Source: an uncultured Verrucomicrobiae bacterium (GTDB taxonomy: Bacteria > Verrucomicrobiota > Verrucomicrobiia > Chthoniobacterales > JAFAMB01). From it: DNA of 64,000 bases. This document shows, one piece after another, positions 49,011-59,127 of this stretch. The stretch is from positions 512,001 to 576,000 of the forward strand of contig CAVXLD010000003.1 of assembly GCA_963762565.1 (NCBI GenBank), given 5' to 3'. Each line of letters opens with the position of its first letter. Position 1 is the first letter of the stretch. The position numbers and the translations under genes are program-made. The notes beneath the pieces are model-generated. The model was not told where the DNA came from. It did no database searches and was given only the letters and a program-made list of their open reading frames with translations.

Positions 49011-49340
49011 AGAAGCAGAAATTTGACCACAAACCCGCGAAGACACAAAGCCGAATCTAAACCGCGAATGGATGCGAAAACGGAAAGCGAACCGCAGCCC
49101 CGAAAGTCTCCGGGGTGAAATTAACGCAGATGTACGCAGATTAGAGTCAGTGGCGTGGACGAAACCCAGGCCAAAATCTGCGTAAATCTGCGTCCATCTG
49201 CGGTTAGATTTTTATTCTCGTCTATTCGTGGTTAGCCTTCATCTCTTTGTGCCTTTGCGGCGAACATTGATTGTGGGCAGGGATCGGGAAAATGGGTTGC
49301 TTTCGGATTTGGGGAGGGGTTTTATCGCAAGGGAGACGCT

Positions 49341-49619
49341 ATGATTTTCTTCGAGATCCTAGGCGCGATAGTGATTGGCTTTCTAGTCGGGGCATTAGCG
49401 AAACTGATTGTTCCGGGTCGGGAGCGTGGGGGCTGTTTGACCACTATATTAATCGGAATCGCTGGTTCGTTTGTCGCCTTTTTTATCGGCACGTATTTCT
49501 TTGAACACAAATTTACGAGCAGTAACCCACTTCAACCGGCAGGATTCATCTCCTCACTGCTCGGGGCGATTCTGATTCTCGCCATTTATCATTGGATCCG
49601 CCGGCGCCGACAGAAGTAG
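49341..49619 (+). CDS. GlsB/YeaQ/YmgE family stress-response membrane protein
   Basis: IVIGFLVGALAKLIVPG, ILIGIAGS, S.LGAILIL. Confidence 0.9.
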   Translation: MIFFEILGAIVIGFLVGALAKLIVPGRERGGCLTTILIGIAGSFVAFFIGTYFFEHKFTSSNPLQPAGFISSLLGAILILAIYHWIRRRRQK

Positions 49620-49845
49620 CCAAAATTTCACGCGAGAAACCCTAAGACTAACCGCGAATGGACACGAATGAACGCCAATAAAAGCGAAACCGCAGCCCCG
49701 AAATTCTCCGGGGTGAAATGGACGCAGATTTACGCAGATTTTGGATTCGGCTTCGACTACGCCATTGACTCTAATCTGCGTACATCTGCGTTAATCTGCG
49801 GTTCGGTTTTCCGTTTTCGCGTCCATTCGCGGTTTAGATTTTGTC

Positions 49846-50454
49846 TTATCGGTAAACCGTTACCGGGGTCCCGAGTGCGACATTGGCGAAGAAAATCTGG
49901 GCCATTTTGCCGGGCATGCGGATGCAACCGTGGGACGCTGGATAACCGGGCAGATAGCCTTCGTGCATGCCGACTCCGCCCGTGATCCGCATGAAATAAG
50001 GCATCGGAGCGCCTTTGAAGATAGCTCCGGGAGGTTTTGGGTCTTTACCCAGTTCGACATCTTTCTGAATCATGTTGCCCTGGGCATCGACGTAGTCACC
50101 GTAAAGACTGGAGGCGTGATTCACGTCCTTTTGGATGATCTTATAACTTCCAGGCGGGGTATCATGACCCTCCCGGCCAGTCGAGAGCTGGGACACGCCG
50201 ACAAGTTGGCCGCCTTTATAAAAATAGGCGCGTTCTTCACTGAGATGGATCTCTACCGACGGTGCGCCAGCTACTCCATCACCGTCCCAATAAGAAATCG
50301 GATCGTATCCGGATGTTCCTTGAGAAGCGGCAGAACCACTTGTTGCCGCTAAATAAGGAGTATTCGGGTTGTTCAGGCGAGAGGTTTCACCATTTTCACA
50401 CCCCGCTACAAAAGCTACCAAAACGGCGACAGCCGCGAAAACTCTTAGACTCAT
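49846..50454 (-). CDS. L,D-transpeptidase (YkuD) lipoprotein
   Basis: VAGC lipobox; STGREG..TP.G, MPYFMR, HEGYLPGYPASHGCIRM. Confidence 0.93.
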   Translation of the reverse strand: MSLRVFAAVAVLVAFVAGCENGETSRLNNPNTPYLAATSGSAASQGTSGYDPISYWDGDGVAGAPSVEIHLSEERAYFYKGGQLVGVSQLSTGREGHDTPPGSYKIIQKDVNHASSLYGDYVDAQGNMIQKDVELGKDPKPPGAIFKGAPMPYFMRITGGVGMHEGYLPGYPASHGCIRMPGKMAQIFFANVALGTPVTVYR

Positions 50455-50739
50455 AAACAACGACGAAAGTTCAATAATGGTCTTAGACTAAAAGGTCAAG
50501 TATGCGGAGGAGCCAGGGGAGAGAATCTAGGTGATTAGTGATTGGTGATTGGTTACTGGGACGTGGACGGTCGCAAAATGGGCAACAGCGAAACCCTATA
50601 CTTCACATAAGTCCCATTGGCCGTGTGGCTCCACCACCAATCACCGATCACCAATCACTAATCACTAATCACCCTCCCCGGCTCGTACCCGTCATTGCCT
50701 CAGCCTGCGCCATCTGCTATATGAAGTCTCGTTAGAGCT

Positions 50740-51075
50740 ATGCCGACGTACGAATACCGCTGCGAGAAGTGTAACGAAACGTTCGAATTGTTTCAATCCA
50801 TGAAGGATGACGCGCTGCAGGTTTGCCCGCAGCAGCAGTGCCGGATGGAAACGTGGGGTCAAGGGAAAGTGAAGCGGTTACTTGGTACCGGCGCAGGTCT
50901 TATCTTCAAGGGCTCAGGATTTTACATCACAGACTACAGGAGCAAAAGCTACACTGAGGCTGCCAAAAAGGAGAGCGGCAGCAAAGAAAGCGGCGGGGCC
51001 AAGACTGAGAGTAGCGCCCCGAAAACCAGTCAAGAAAAGAGTTCAGGCGGAAGCACCTCAAAGTCCGAAAGTTAG
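50740..51075 (+). CDS. FmdB family zinc ribbon protein
   Basis: MPTYEYRCEKC, FKGSGFYITDY. Confidence 0.93.
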   Translation: MPTYEYRCEKCNETFELFQSMKDDALQVCPQQQCRMETWGQGKVKRLLGTGAGLIFKGSGFYITDYRSKSYTEAAKKESGSKESGGAKTESSAPKTSQEKSSGGSTSKSES

Positions 51076-51250
51076 GTCTCTATTGCAGGAATCAGTAAGT
51101 CAGTGATCATCAGTAATCAGTTGCACAGCCTTGACTGAAGACCGGGTGTCGTTTGCCGGAACCGATTCACCGATTACTGATTACTTAATCAATTGGGATC
51201 ATAGACCATAACTCGGGCGTGACCAATACGGTCGCGACCGATTCGTAGGT

Positions 51251-52003
51251 ATGTCCGGGAAGTCGACCAAGCCGCCTGCGGAGAAAGAAAGCGGTGGCAG
51301 TGCCCCTGCTAAACCTAAAGCATCGAAGGAATCGCCCAAGGCTTACACTGCATCGCCCAAGGCTTACACTGCATCGCCCAAGGCTACAGCGGCATCGCCC
51401 AAGGCTACAGCGGCATCGCTGGAAAAGTTTGACGCTGGTCTCCGACATTTTCTGAATCGAGTCGTTGGAGTCCTCATTGCCAGCTTCTTAGTCGGCTGCC
51501 TGATCACAATTTGCGAGGCGCCGGAGGGATTGCCGGCACCCCAATCTGCAGGGAATGGGCTTGCCGTGATGCAGGTGATTGCCCAGGCCAAAGCGTCGCG
51601 GGGCAGTGATGTGGCTGAGCTAGCCCAGGGCGAAATAAACGATTATTTGGCGCAACGGACGGCTCCACGCGGTTTTCTGTTCGATAATATCAGCCGCTTC
51701 GATGGCGTGGTCATTTCTTTTCAGCCAGGGGTCTGCTTGGTCTTCACCCGGTACTCGATTTTTGGTTACCCGATTTATCTAAATGGCCGGTACAGCGCGC
51801 GGGAAGACTTCGGGCGACCCGCATTCGACAACCGCGGCGGCGCAATCGGCCGGCTAGCAATCGCGCCGGCATTCATGCGGATAGTCCAGTACCCATTCTT
51901 TGGGGAGCTCTGGAACGGGTTCGGTATCGAGCGAGAAACGCTTAATCGATTCCGCAAAGTGGAGTTCGAGAAGGGTTTGGTGAGGCTGGAACCGGAGCAG
52001 TAA
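51251..52003 (+). CDS. Hypothetical membrane-anchored protein with an N-terminal 7-aa repeat
   Basis: SPKA(YT/TA)A x4, then a TM segment. Confidence 0.65.
   Translation: MSGKSTKPPAEKESGGSAPAKPKASKESPKAYTASPKAYTASPKATAASPKATAASLEKFDAGLRHFLNRVVGVLIASFLVGCLITICEAPEGLPAPQSAGNGLAVMQVIAQAKASRGSDVAELAQGEINDYLAQRTAPRGFLFDNISRFDGVVISFQPGVCLVFTRYSIFGYPIYLNGRYSAREDFGRPAFDNRGGAIGRLAIAPAFMRIVQYPFFGELWNGFGIERETLNRFRKVEFEKGLVRLEPEQ
51331..51419 (+). repeat. 21-bp coding tandem repeat x4
   Basis: atcgcccaaggct(tacactgc/acagcggc). Confidence 0.9.
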
Positions 52004-52644
52004 GGGGGCGGCGGGGCCCATCGTCCTCGTGCTCGAAAGGTTTGACGGGTCGGCGCGGTGTGCGATCACCCAGCGCGTGGAGGGGAGCCGCTTTGGCGCG
52101 CGTAAGGTGACCTCGCAATATTTGGTTCAGCGCTCCCTTGGCCAAAGAATATCGCAACAAGCGGCTCCCGCGAATAACCCAGCGGCTCGCAGCTCTACAG
52201 GCCGCGCTTAAACGAATCGAAAGTCACGGGTAAATGCATCACACTGGGTCCTTCCCGGGAGCCGCCTGTTTTCGCACGTTCCGGCTGGACTGGCATTGCG
52301 ACAAAATGTGCTAGGGCGGCCAGATGCGTGCCAAAGCGGCTCCCCTCCAGGCGCTGGGTGATCGCGCATCGCAGCAACCCACACTCTTTCGAGGACGAGG
52401 ACGAGAACGATTGCCGAGGGCCGATGCGGGCCGCTGATTGTCCCAGAAAACCAGCGAGCAGCCACGAAACGAACAACGGATGACAAAACAGGGGACTTTC
52501 GTATATTGGGCCGGTGTTTCGCCTGACGCGAAGGGAACAAATCTTTATAATCCTATTCTTGTCCGCTATTTTCGTCGGAGCGATCGTGAAACACTTTCGC
52601 GACGCCGCCACCCCGGCTCCGCCACTCTTAGAAAACAGCAGGTA

Positions 52645-53049
52645 ATGCAGAAATCGTTCAACGAAATCGTCGAGGAGATTGTAAGAAAAGATCCGCGGTT
52701 CGAAGCAGCCGCTTATGAGTTCGTAAAGGAGGCGCTGGAATTTACGATCAAGCAAAATAAGCGCAGCCAAACGGGTCTCAACGTCCATGTGACAGCAAAG
52801 GAATTGATGGCGGGGTTCCAGCAATACGCTTTGAAGGAGTTCGGCCCGATGGCAATGACTGTTTTCGAATACTGGCGGGTTACATCTTCTCAGGATGTAG
52901 GAGACATTGTGTTCAATCTGATCGGTGCCGGAGTCTTCGGCAAAACAGACTCTGACAGCCCGGGAGATTTCCAAGACGGCGTGGACTTTCAGGAAGCTTT
53001 TGTTGCTCCCTTCGAGCCGCTAAAAACCAGCACCGCGAAAAGATCGTAG
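52645..53049 (+). CDS. Verrucomicrobia/Planctomycetes-type conserved protein (Minf_1886-like)
   Basis: DPRF..AAYEFVKEAL, HVTAKEL, FGPMA.TV..W.V....DVG.IVFNLI. Confidence 0.8.
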   Translation: MQKSFNEIVEEIVRKDPRFEAAAYEFVKEALEFTIKQNKRSQTGLNVHVTAKELMAGFQQYALKEFGPMAMTVFEYWRVTSSQDVGDIVFNLIGAGVFGKTDSDSPGDFQDGVDFQEAFVAPFEPLKTSTAKRS

Positions 53050-53064
53050 CTTCGGGCGCAACTA

Positions 53065-55578
53065 ATGGATGCTCCTGAGATTTCGGTGGAAAAATCCACC
53101 CTGGCAAACGGTCTGACTCTATTAATAGCACCGGATCACTACGCCAATGTAGCCAGTGTGCAGGTTTGGTGTGAAACCGGCAGCGTGCACGAGGGGGAGT
53201 GGGTCGGTGGCGGCCTAACCCATTTGCTCGAGCACATGCTTTTCAAGGGGACAGCCAAACGAAGCGCTAAAGAGATTAGCGGGGAAATTCATCAAGCCGG
53301 CGGATACCTGAATGCCTATACCTCGTTCGATCGCACGGTTTTTTGGGTGGATTGCCCGGCTGCTGCAGTCTCGACCGCTTTGGATCTTGTGGCCGACATG
53401 TTATTCGAGTCGGTAATCGACGAAGAAGAAATGAGCCGGGAGATGGATGTCATCCGGCGGGAGTTCGATTTGGGCTATGACGATCCGGATCGAACTTTGA
53501 GCCATCTGACTTTCGCTACGGCCTATCAAGTGCATCCGTGCCGTTACCCAGTTATCGGTTTGCGCCGGAGCTTCGACCAGATCGACAGGGAGACCCTGTT
53601 AGCCTATTACAGGCGCCGCTATGTTCCGGAGAACGTTTTTGTAGTGGTTTCGGGTGATGTCCAGGTGGAGCAGGTGCAGGGGTGGGTTCAGAGGAGCTTC
53701 GGAGCCGTATCGCCAAGGCCGGCGGCGCCAATGGTAATTCCGGCCGAGCCTCCGCAGGTGGGCCGGCGTGATGAGACGGAGTCTTTTGAGACAGCAATTG
53801 GTTATTTTAACCTGGCATGGCATGTGCCCGCGGTCTTCCATCAGGATGTACCTGCGCTCGATGTGCTTTCTATCCTGCTGGGCGGCGGGGCCAGCTCGTT
53901 TCTTTTCGAGGAAGTGCGGGAAAAACTAGGAGTGGTTCATTCAATCGGGGCATATGCCTTCACTCCGGCTTTTCCGGGATTACTAACGGTATCTGGGACG
54001 TGCCCGATTGAGAATATTGATGGGATCGATGAGATAGTACTCACTAAACTTGCAGCTTGGAGAAAGCAGGGCCTGGGTGCAGATGGGCTCGCTAAAGCCA
54101 AGCGGATTATTTGGGTGAGCGCTTTAGAACAGTTGCAAAGCGTGCGAGGCGTCGCGTCGGATATTGGGCTAAACTGGCTTTACACCAGAAATCTCAAGTT
54201 TAACCGACGTTATCTCGAGCGGGTCGAGGCCGTATCCTTCGAGCAAGTCCAAGCAGTATTTGATCGTTATCTAAAGGAGGACAGTCTGAACGTCGTCTCG
54301 GTGCGTCCCAAGACCTTGGCGCGGAGCGCATCAACGCGGAGCCTGCCTGAAAAGAAGAACCAGGTCCGAGTATTACCGAACGGCGTGCCGGTGGTGCTAA
54401 TTCCCGACGACCGGCTACCCCTTCTGCATGGGACCCTGGTATCGGCAGGAGGCGTGCTGACGGAACCGCCGAAAAGAGGTGGGATTGGCCGGCTCTACAC
54501 CCAGTGCTTGTTGAAAGGAACCGCGAAAAGGAGCGCTCAAGAGATCGCGGACATGGTCGAGAGCTTAGGCGGTTCTCTTTTCGGGGATTCCGGTTACAAC
54601 TCCTTTCGTTTTGGCTTCGGTTCGCTGTCGGACGATTTCGGGCGAGTACTGACCCTATTTACAGAGATTTTGTCAGGGCCCACGTTTCCAGAGGATGCGA
54701 TCGAGAGGGAGAGAGCGAGCCAGATCGCGGCCATCGAGGCGGACGAGTCACAGTCCGGTGTAATCGCGCGCAACACGTTGCGGAGCGCCATCTATGGGAG
54801 TCATCCCTACGCCGCGAACCCGCTGGGGACCACGGCGAGCGTCGCTAACATTGAGCGCGCGGATCTGACCCAGCTCCACGAGTGGGTGAAAACCAGCACG
54901 GCCTGGGCTCTCGGTATCTGCGGCCATTTTGATGAAGAGAAATTGTGGAAAGAGCTTTGCCAAACTGTTGGATCGCTCCCGCAGCGGCCTGCTGGCTACT
55001 CATTCGACATGCCGGCGGTGAAGCCGTTTGCGGCGCAGACAATCGTGGAACGGAACGAAAAACATCAGGCATTCGTAACCATGGGGTATCTTGCCTGTAC
55101 TCTGTCTGATCCTGACCGGGTCGCTTTTGAAGCTCTGGATGAAGCGGCCGGGGATGCCAGCTCGCGCTTCTTTGTTAAACTCCGAGAGGAGCTGGGACTC
55201 GCTTATTCTGTCGGAACCTCTCTGGCGCTGGGCTTGGCGCCGGGTCTATTTACAATGTATGCCGCTACGGCTCCAGAGACGGCGGAAGAGGTGGCGAAGC
55301 TGTACCACGAAGAAATCGACGCGCTGGCGTCAGACGGCTTATCTGAAGAAGAATTGCGCCGGTCTAAGAAGAAGCTGCTAGCCCAGTTGGGATTCCAGAA
55401 ACAAAATCTGGAGTCCTATTGCCACAGTCTAACGCTCAACCAGTTGTACGGATTCAGTCTGGACTACTTTGACCAACGCCAGAGACAGATCGAAGAACTG
55501 ACGACCCAAGATTTGCTGGGGGTATGTCACAAATATTTGATGGATAAACCGGCCACAACGGTGATTGTAAAGTCTTAG
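53065..55578 (+). CDS. M16 family zinc peptidase (two fused halves)
   Basis: HLLEH inverted zinc motif, NAYTSFD, LREELGLAYSV. Confidence 0.93.
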   Translation: MDAPEISVEKSTLANGLTLLIAPDHYANVASVQVWCETGSVHEGEWVGGGLTHLLEHMLFKGTAKRSAKEISGEIHQAGGYLNAYTSFDRTVFWVDCPAAAVSTALDLVADMLFESVIDEEEMSREMDVIRREFDLGYDDPDRTLSHLTFATAYQVHPCRYPVIGLRRSFDQIDRETLLAYYRRRYVPENVFVVVSGDVQVEQVQGWVQRSFGAVSPRPAAPMVIPAEPPQVGRRDETESFETAIGYFNLAWHVPAVFHQDVPALDVLSILLGGGASSFLFEEVREKLGVVHSIGAYAFTPAFPGLLTVSGTCPIENIDGIDEIVLTKLAAWRKQGLGADGLAKAKRIIWVSALEQLQSVRGVASDIGLNWLYTRNLKFNRRYLERVEAVSFEQVQAVFDRYLKEDSLNVVSVRPKTLARSASTRSLPEKKNQVRVLPNGVPVVLIPDDRLPLLHGTLVSAGGVLTEPPKRGGIGRLYTQCLLKGTAKRSAQEIADMVESLGGSLFGDSGYNSFRFGFGSLSDDFGRVLTLFTEILSGPTFPEDAIERERASQIAAIEADESQSGVIARNTLRSAIYGSHPYAANPLGTTASVANIERADLTQLHEWVKTSTAWALGICGHFDEEKLWKELCQTVGSLPQRPAGYSFDMPAVKPFAAQTIVERNEKHQAFVTMGYLACTLSDPDRVAFEALDEAAGDASSRFFVKLREELGLAYSVGTSLALGLAPGLFTMYAATAPETAEEVAKLYHEEIDALASDGLSEEELRRSKKKLLAQLGFQKQNLESYCHSLTLNQLYGFSLDYFDQRQRQIEELTTQDLLGVCHKYLMDKPATTVIVKS

Positions 55579-55595
55579 ATCATCAGGAGTTTTGT

Positions 55596-56030
55596 ATGGC
55601 AGAATACCAAAACACGCCCGTTTCTTCGGGCGAAATGGCGCAGCGATTCATCGAGTTTGTGATGATGCAAGCCCAGAATGCGGCGTTTATGCTTGGGCAA
55701 ATCCCGCATCCACAGACCGGAAAGGCGGAAGTGAATCTGGATATGGCGCAGTTGTTGATCGATCAACTGGTCATGATCCAAGAGAAGACCAAGGGCAATC
55801 TGACCCACGACGAAGGCCGGATCTTGGCAAATGCGTTGGCGAATCTGCAGATCGCCTTTGTAGAAGTCGCTCAAAGGCAGCGGTCGGGCGGCTCAGTGAG
55901 TCCAGCACCGGAACCAGTCAGCCCCTCGAAACCGGAGGCTGAAAGTCAGGGTTCTCCCATTGGTGAAGCCACTGGAACCGGCGCCGAAGGCGACGGTAAA
56001 CGGAAATTTGTAAAAAGTTACGGCTCTTGA
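55596..56030 (+). CDS. DUF1844 domain protein
   Basis: LGQIPHP.TG....NL..AQ..ID.L..IQEKTKGNL..DE. Confidence 0.85.
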   Translation: MAEYQNTPVSSGEMAQRFIEFVMMQAQNAAFMLGQIPHPQTGKAEVNLDMAQLLIDQLVMIQEKTKGNLTHDEGRILANALANLQIAFVEVAQRQRSGGSVSPAPEPVSPSKPEAESQGSPIGEATGTGAEGDGKRKFVKSYGS

Positions 56031-56842
56031 CGCGTACGTTTACGGTTGGGTCGGTTCAGACCGGCGGAGCCAGGCCGCTTTTTATTCTGGGGCCGTGTGT
56101 CATCGAATCGGAGGCGTTCCTGTGGACGATGGCAGAGGAGCTGTCTAGCCTGGCGCAGTCGCGACAGCTGTCTTGGATTTTCAAGGCCTCCTACGACAAA
56201 GCCAACAGGACATCTGCAAAATCGTACCGTGGTTTTGGGGTCGAAGAAGGTTGCAAACTCCTCCGAGCGGTTGGTGATAAGTTCAAAGTACCGGTTACGA
56301 CCGATGTCCACTCGCCGGAGGAAGCGAAACGCGCCGCCGATTACGTCGACTTGCTACAGATCCCGGCCTTTCTTTGCCGTCAGACCGACCTGATTCGGGC
56401 GGCCGCGGAGACGGGGAGACCGGTCAATGTAAAAAAGGGACAATTTTTGGCTCCGTGGGACGTTCGAAATATAGCCGAAAAATTAGAAAACTTTGGTTGC
56501 AAGAGCTACGTCTTCACAGAGAGGGGCGTAAGCTTTGGCTACAATAATCTTGTGGCTGACATGCGTTCGTTGTACTGGATCAAACAACAGGGCTATCCCG
56601 TGATTTTCGATGCGACGCATTCCGTGCAGCGACCGGGGAGCGCCGGTGACGCAACCGGCGGTGACGGGGAGTTGGCTCCAGTTCTGGCGAGGGCGGCAGT
56701 GGCTGCGGGGTGTGACGGGATCTTCATTGAGACGCATATTGACCCGGCCAAGGCGCTCTCGGATGGGCCGAACCAAATCCCTTTAAAAGAATTACCCAAT
56801 TTATTGTCTCAACTACAACGGATCCATGAAATCGTGCATTAA
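56027..56842 (+). CDS. kdsA: KDO-8-phosphate synthase
   Basis: GPCVIES, KASYDKANRTS, QIPAFLCRQTDL, KKGQF, DATHSVQ.PG. Confidence 0.97.
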   Translation: MTRTFTVGSVQTGGARPLFILGPCVIESEAFLWTMAEELSSLAQSRQLSWIFKASYDKANRTSAKSYRGFGVEEGCKLLRAVGDKFKVPVTTDVHSPEEAKRAADYVDLLQIPAFLCRQTDLIRAAAETGRPVNVKKGQFLAPWDVRNIAEKLENFGCKSYVFTERGVSFGYNNLVADMRSLYWIKQQGYPVIFDATHSVQRPGSAGDATGGDGELAPVLARAAVAAGCDGIFIETHIDPAKALSDGPNQIPLKELPNLLSQLQRIHEIVH

Positions 56843-57338
56843 GCTCGTCGCGATTCTCGGCCTTGTAGGGCTCACCGGGGTAGAGCTATGGGCTGATAAA
56901 CCGAAACAACCGAAACCGGACCGTAAGATCGATATTCCGATACCGGTGGGCCACGATGCCAAGGGATTGAGGCTGCCGATTCGAAATGATGACGGAAAAC
57001 TGCAAGCCGTGGTGGACGTAGAAAAGGTACGCCGGCTGGACCAAGCCAATGTCGAGATGCACAATTCGACGATTCAAACCTACGACGAGCAAACGGGAGA
57101 GCCGAGCGCGAAGGTTGAAATGGTCAACTCCGTAATGAATACGGAGACGAACGTCATAACGACCCATGATCCGGTGATCATTACCCGAGCTGACTTCCGG
57201 CTCACTGGGGACAGCGCCGTATTCAACACTAAGACGCGCCAGGGAAAAGTGATCAAGAACGTCACCTTGATTATCTTTAATCGGGATGAGCTAAAGAAGA
57301 AGAACCCGGAAGAAGTATCGGCCAATGAACAGAAGTAG
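56826..57338 (+). CDS. lptC: LptC-like LPS export protein
   Basis: N-terminal anchor, beta-jellyroll-like sequence, position between kdsA and lptA/lptB. Confidence 0.65.
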   Translation: MKSCIKLVAILGLVGLTGVELWADKPKQPKPDRKIDIPIPVGHDAKGLRLPIRNDDGKLQAVVDVEKVRRLDQANVEMHNSTIQTYDEQTGEPSAKVEMVNSVMNTETNVITTHDPVIITRADFRLTGDSAVFNTKTRQGKVIKNVTLIIFNRDELKKKNPEEVSANEQK

Positions 57339-58206
57339 ACTTATTTGGTTCTTAGTTATTGGCTTTTGTCCTGGCCTCGTCTGGGCGCAGACTACGGGTT
57401 CTCCAAAACCTAGCGCACGAGCTTCGGCCCACGCGGCGGGTTCCGCAGCCGGAACAAATAAAAAGGGGACGGAAAAGGGTACGGCCGACGCCAAGAAAAC
57501 GCCGGGCGCGTTCGGGACTGAGGACTCGGAAAACAAAGGTCCCACGGAAATTACTGCGAAAGAGGAGTCGGATTTTGACGGCAACGCTCATACGGCGACT
57601 TTTGTAGGGAGCGTCAAGGTGATCGACCCTCAATTCACGATGACCACAGACAAGCTGACTGTGTGGATGAACAAGCAGGAGGACGGGGGTGGTATTAAGG
57701 AAGCTCATGCCGATGGAAATGTCATCATTGTTCACGTGAATCAGTCGAAGGACAAAACACAGACCGCCGATGCCAGTGGCAGTCCTCGGACGACACCGGT
57801 TGCGAACACCGCTGTGACTCCGGAGGCGAAGACCTTTGGAAGCACCGGAGTGTTCGGCGAGGGAACCCCGTCCGCCAGCCCCGGCGCTACGCCGCCGGTA
57901 CTGGACACCGGGCGAGCTCAAAAAGCGATTTATAATGCGAAACAGGATGCCGTTACTTTAATCGGCTGGCCGCAAGTGACCCAGGGAGTGAATACGCATA
58001 TCGCCACCGAAGAAGGTACCCGTATGATCCTTTACCGAGACGGACGGTTGCAGACTTTCGGTCCTAGTAGGACTGTTATTGAAGACAAGAAAACGATGCA
58101 GTCGCCTTCCCCTTCCCCCTCTCCCGGAGAGCCTCAACTGGGCCCAAACAACTCGCAGAGGAGACTCGATCCGGATAACGCTCAGAAGAATAATGCTATC
58201 CACTAA
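57325..58206 (+). CDS. lptA: LptA/OstA family protein
   Basis: TEITA, F.GSVKV, DKLTV, A.GNV.I, A.KAIY...VTL.G.PQV.QG. Confidence 0.8.
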   Translation: MNRSRLIWFLVIGFCPGLVWAQTTGSPKPSARASAHAAGSAAGTNKKGTEKGTADAKKTPGAFGTEDSENKGPTEITAKEESDFDGNAHTATFVGSVKVIDPQFTMTTDKLTVWMNKQEDGGGIKEAHADGNVIIVHVNQSKDKTQTADASGSPRTTPVANTAVTPEAKTFGSTGVFGEGTPSASPGATPPVLDTGRAQKAIYNAKQDAVTLIGWPQVTQGVNTHIATEEGTRMILYRDGRLQTFGPSRTVIEDKKTMQSPSPSPSPGEPQLGPNNSQRRLDPDNAQKNNAIH

Positions 58207-58978
58207 CCTGACGACCGCCCCGGTACCGCTCCTCTCGACTGAGGATAAGGTCAGCGAGGCTATTCTGAGGACCGAGAAATTGGTCAAGATCTATGGGGGC
58301 CGGGCTGTCGTTAACGGAATCGATATTCATGTGAATCGTGGGGAGGTCGTGGGGCTATTAGGACCAAATGGTGCTGGTAAAACGACGACTTTTTATCTTA
58401 TTGTGGGTCTTGTGCGGCCGAACGGTGGTCGAGTTTTCTTTGATAATCGCGATGTCACTCGCTTCGCGATGCATCGCCGGGCCAGAATGGGGATGGGGTA
58501 TCTGCCGCAGGAAGAGTCGATCTTTCGAAAACTGACCGTCGAGCAAAATATCATGGCGATTCTCGAGATGCTGCCAGGTAAGCGCCGAGAGAAGAAGCAG
58601 CGCTGCGAGCAGCTGCTCCGCCAGTTTGGCATCGAAAATTTGGCCAGGAACCAAGCGTTGACTCTCAGCGGCGGTGAAAAAAGGCGGCTAACGATCGCAC
58701 GTTCGTTGGTCACGAATCCGCAGATGATCATGCTGGATGAACCCTTTAGCGGCGTTGATCCGATTGCCGTCGCTGAGATCCAGCAGCATATCTCAAATTT
58801 GCGGAGCTCCGGCCTGTCCATTCTGATTACCGACCATAACGTCCGCGAAACGCTCGAGATCGTGGACCGAGCCTACCTAGTTTACGATGGCCGGGTTGAA
58901 AGCCAGGGTAGCCGAGAATTTTTGATTAATGACCCGATTAGTCGCCAACTCTATTTGGGTGAACGTTTTCGCATGTGA
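58193..58978 (+). CDS. lptB: LPS export ABC ATPase
   Basis: GPNGAGKTTTFY, YLPQEESIFRKL, LSGGEKRR, ITDHNVRETL, YLGERF. Confidence 0.97.
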   Translation: MLSTNLTTAPVPLLSTEDKVSEAILRTEKLVKIYGGRAVVNGIDIHVNRGEVVGLLGPNGAGKTTTFYLIVGLVRPNGGRVFFDNRDVTRFAMHRRARMGMGYLPQEESIFRKLTVEQNIMAILEMLPGKRREKKQRCEQLLRQFGIENLARNQALTLSGGEKRRLTIARSLVTNPQMIMLDEPFSGVDPIAVAEIQQHISNLRSSGLSILITDHNVRETLEIVDRAYLVYDGRVESQGSREFLINDPISRQLYLGERFRM

Positions 58979-59127
58979 CGGAAAGAGAGACGGTTCTCTT
59001 CCCGGAAGAACAAGCCAAATCGTTGCCGGTCAGTTCCGCTCGCACCAGCGACTGACTTGCGAGATCTCGCAACTGCCGTCGTTGGAGCGGCTGATGATCG
59101 GCAAACAAACAACCAGAAAGGGTTCCC

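Noticed and set aside
52195..52974. 259-aa minus-strand ORF
   Set aside because: Antisense to the conserved 52645-53049 gene and runs through a repeat element.
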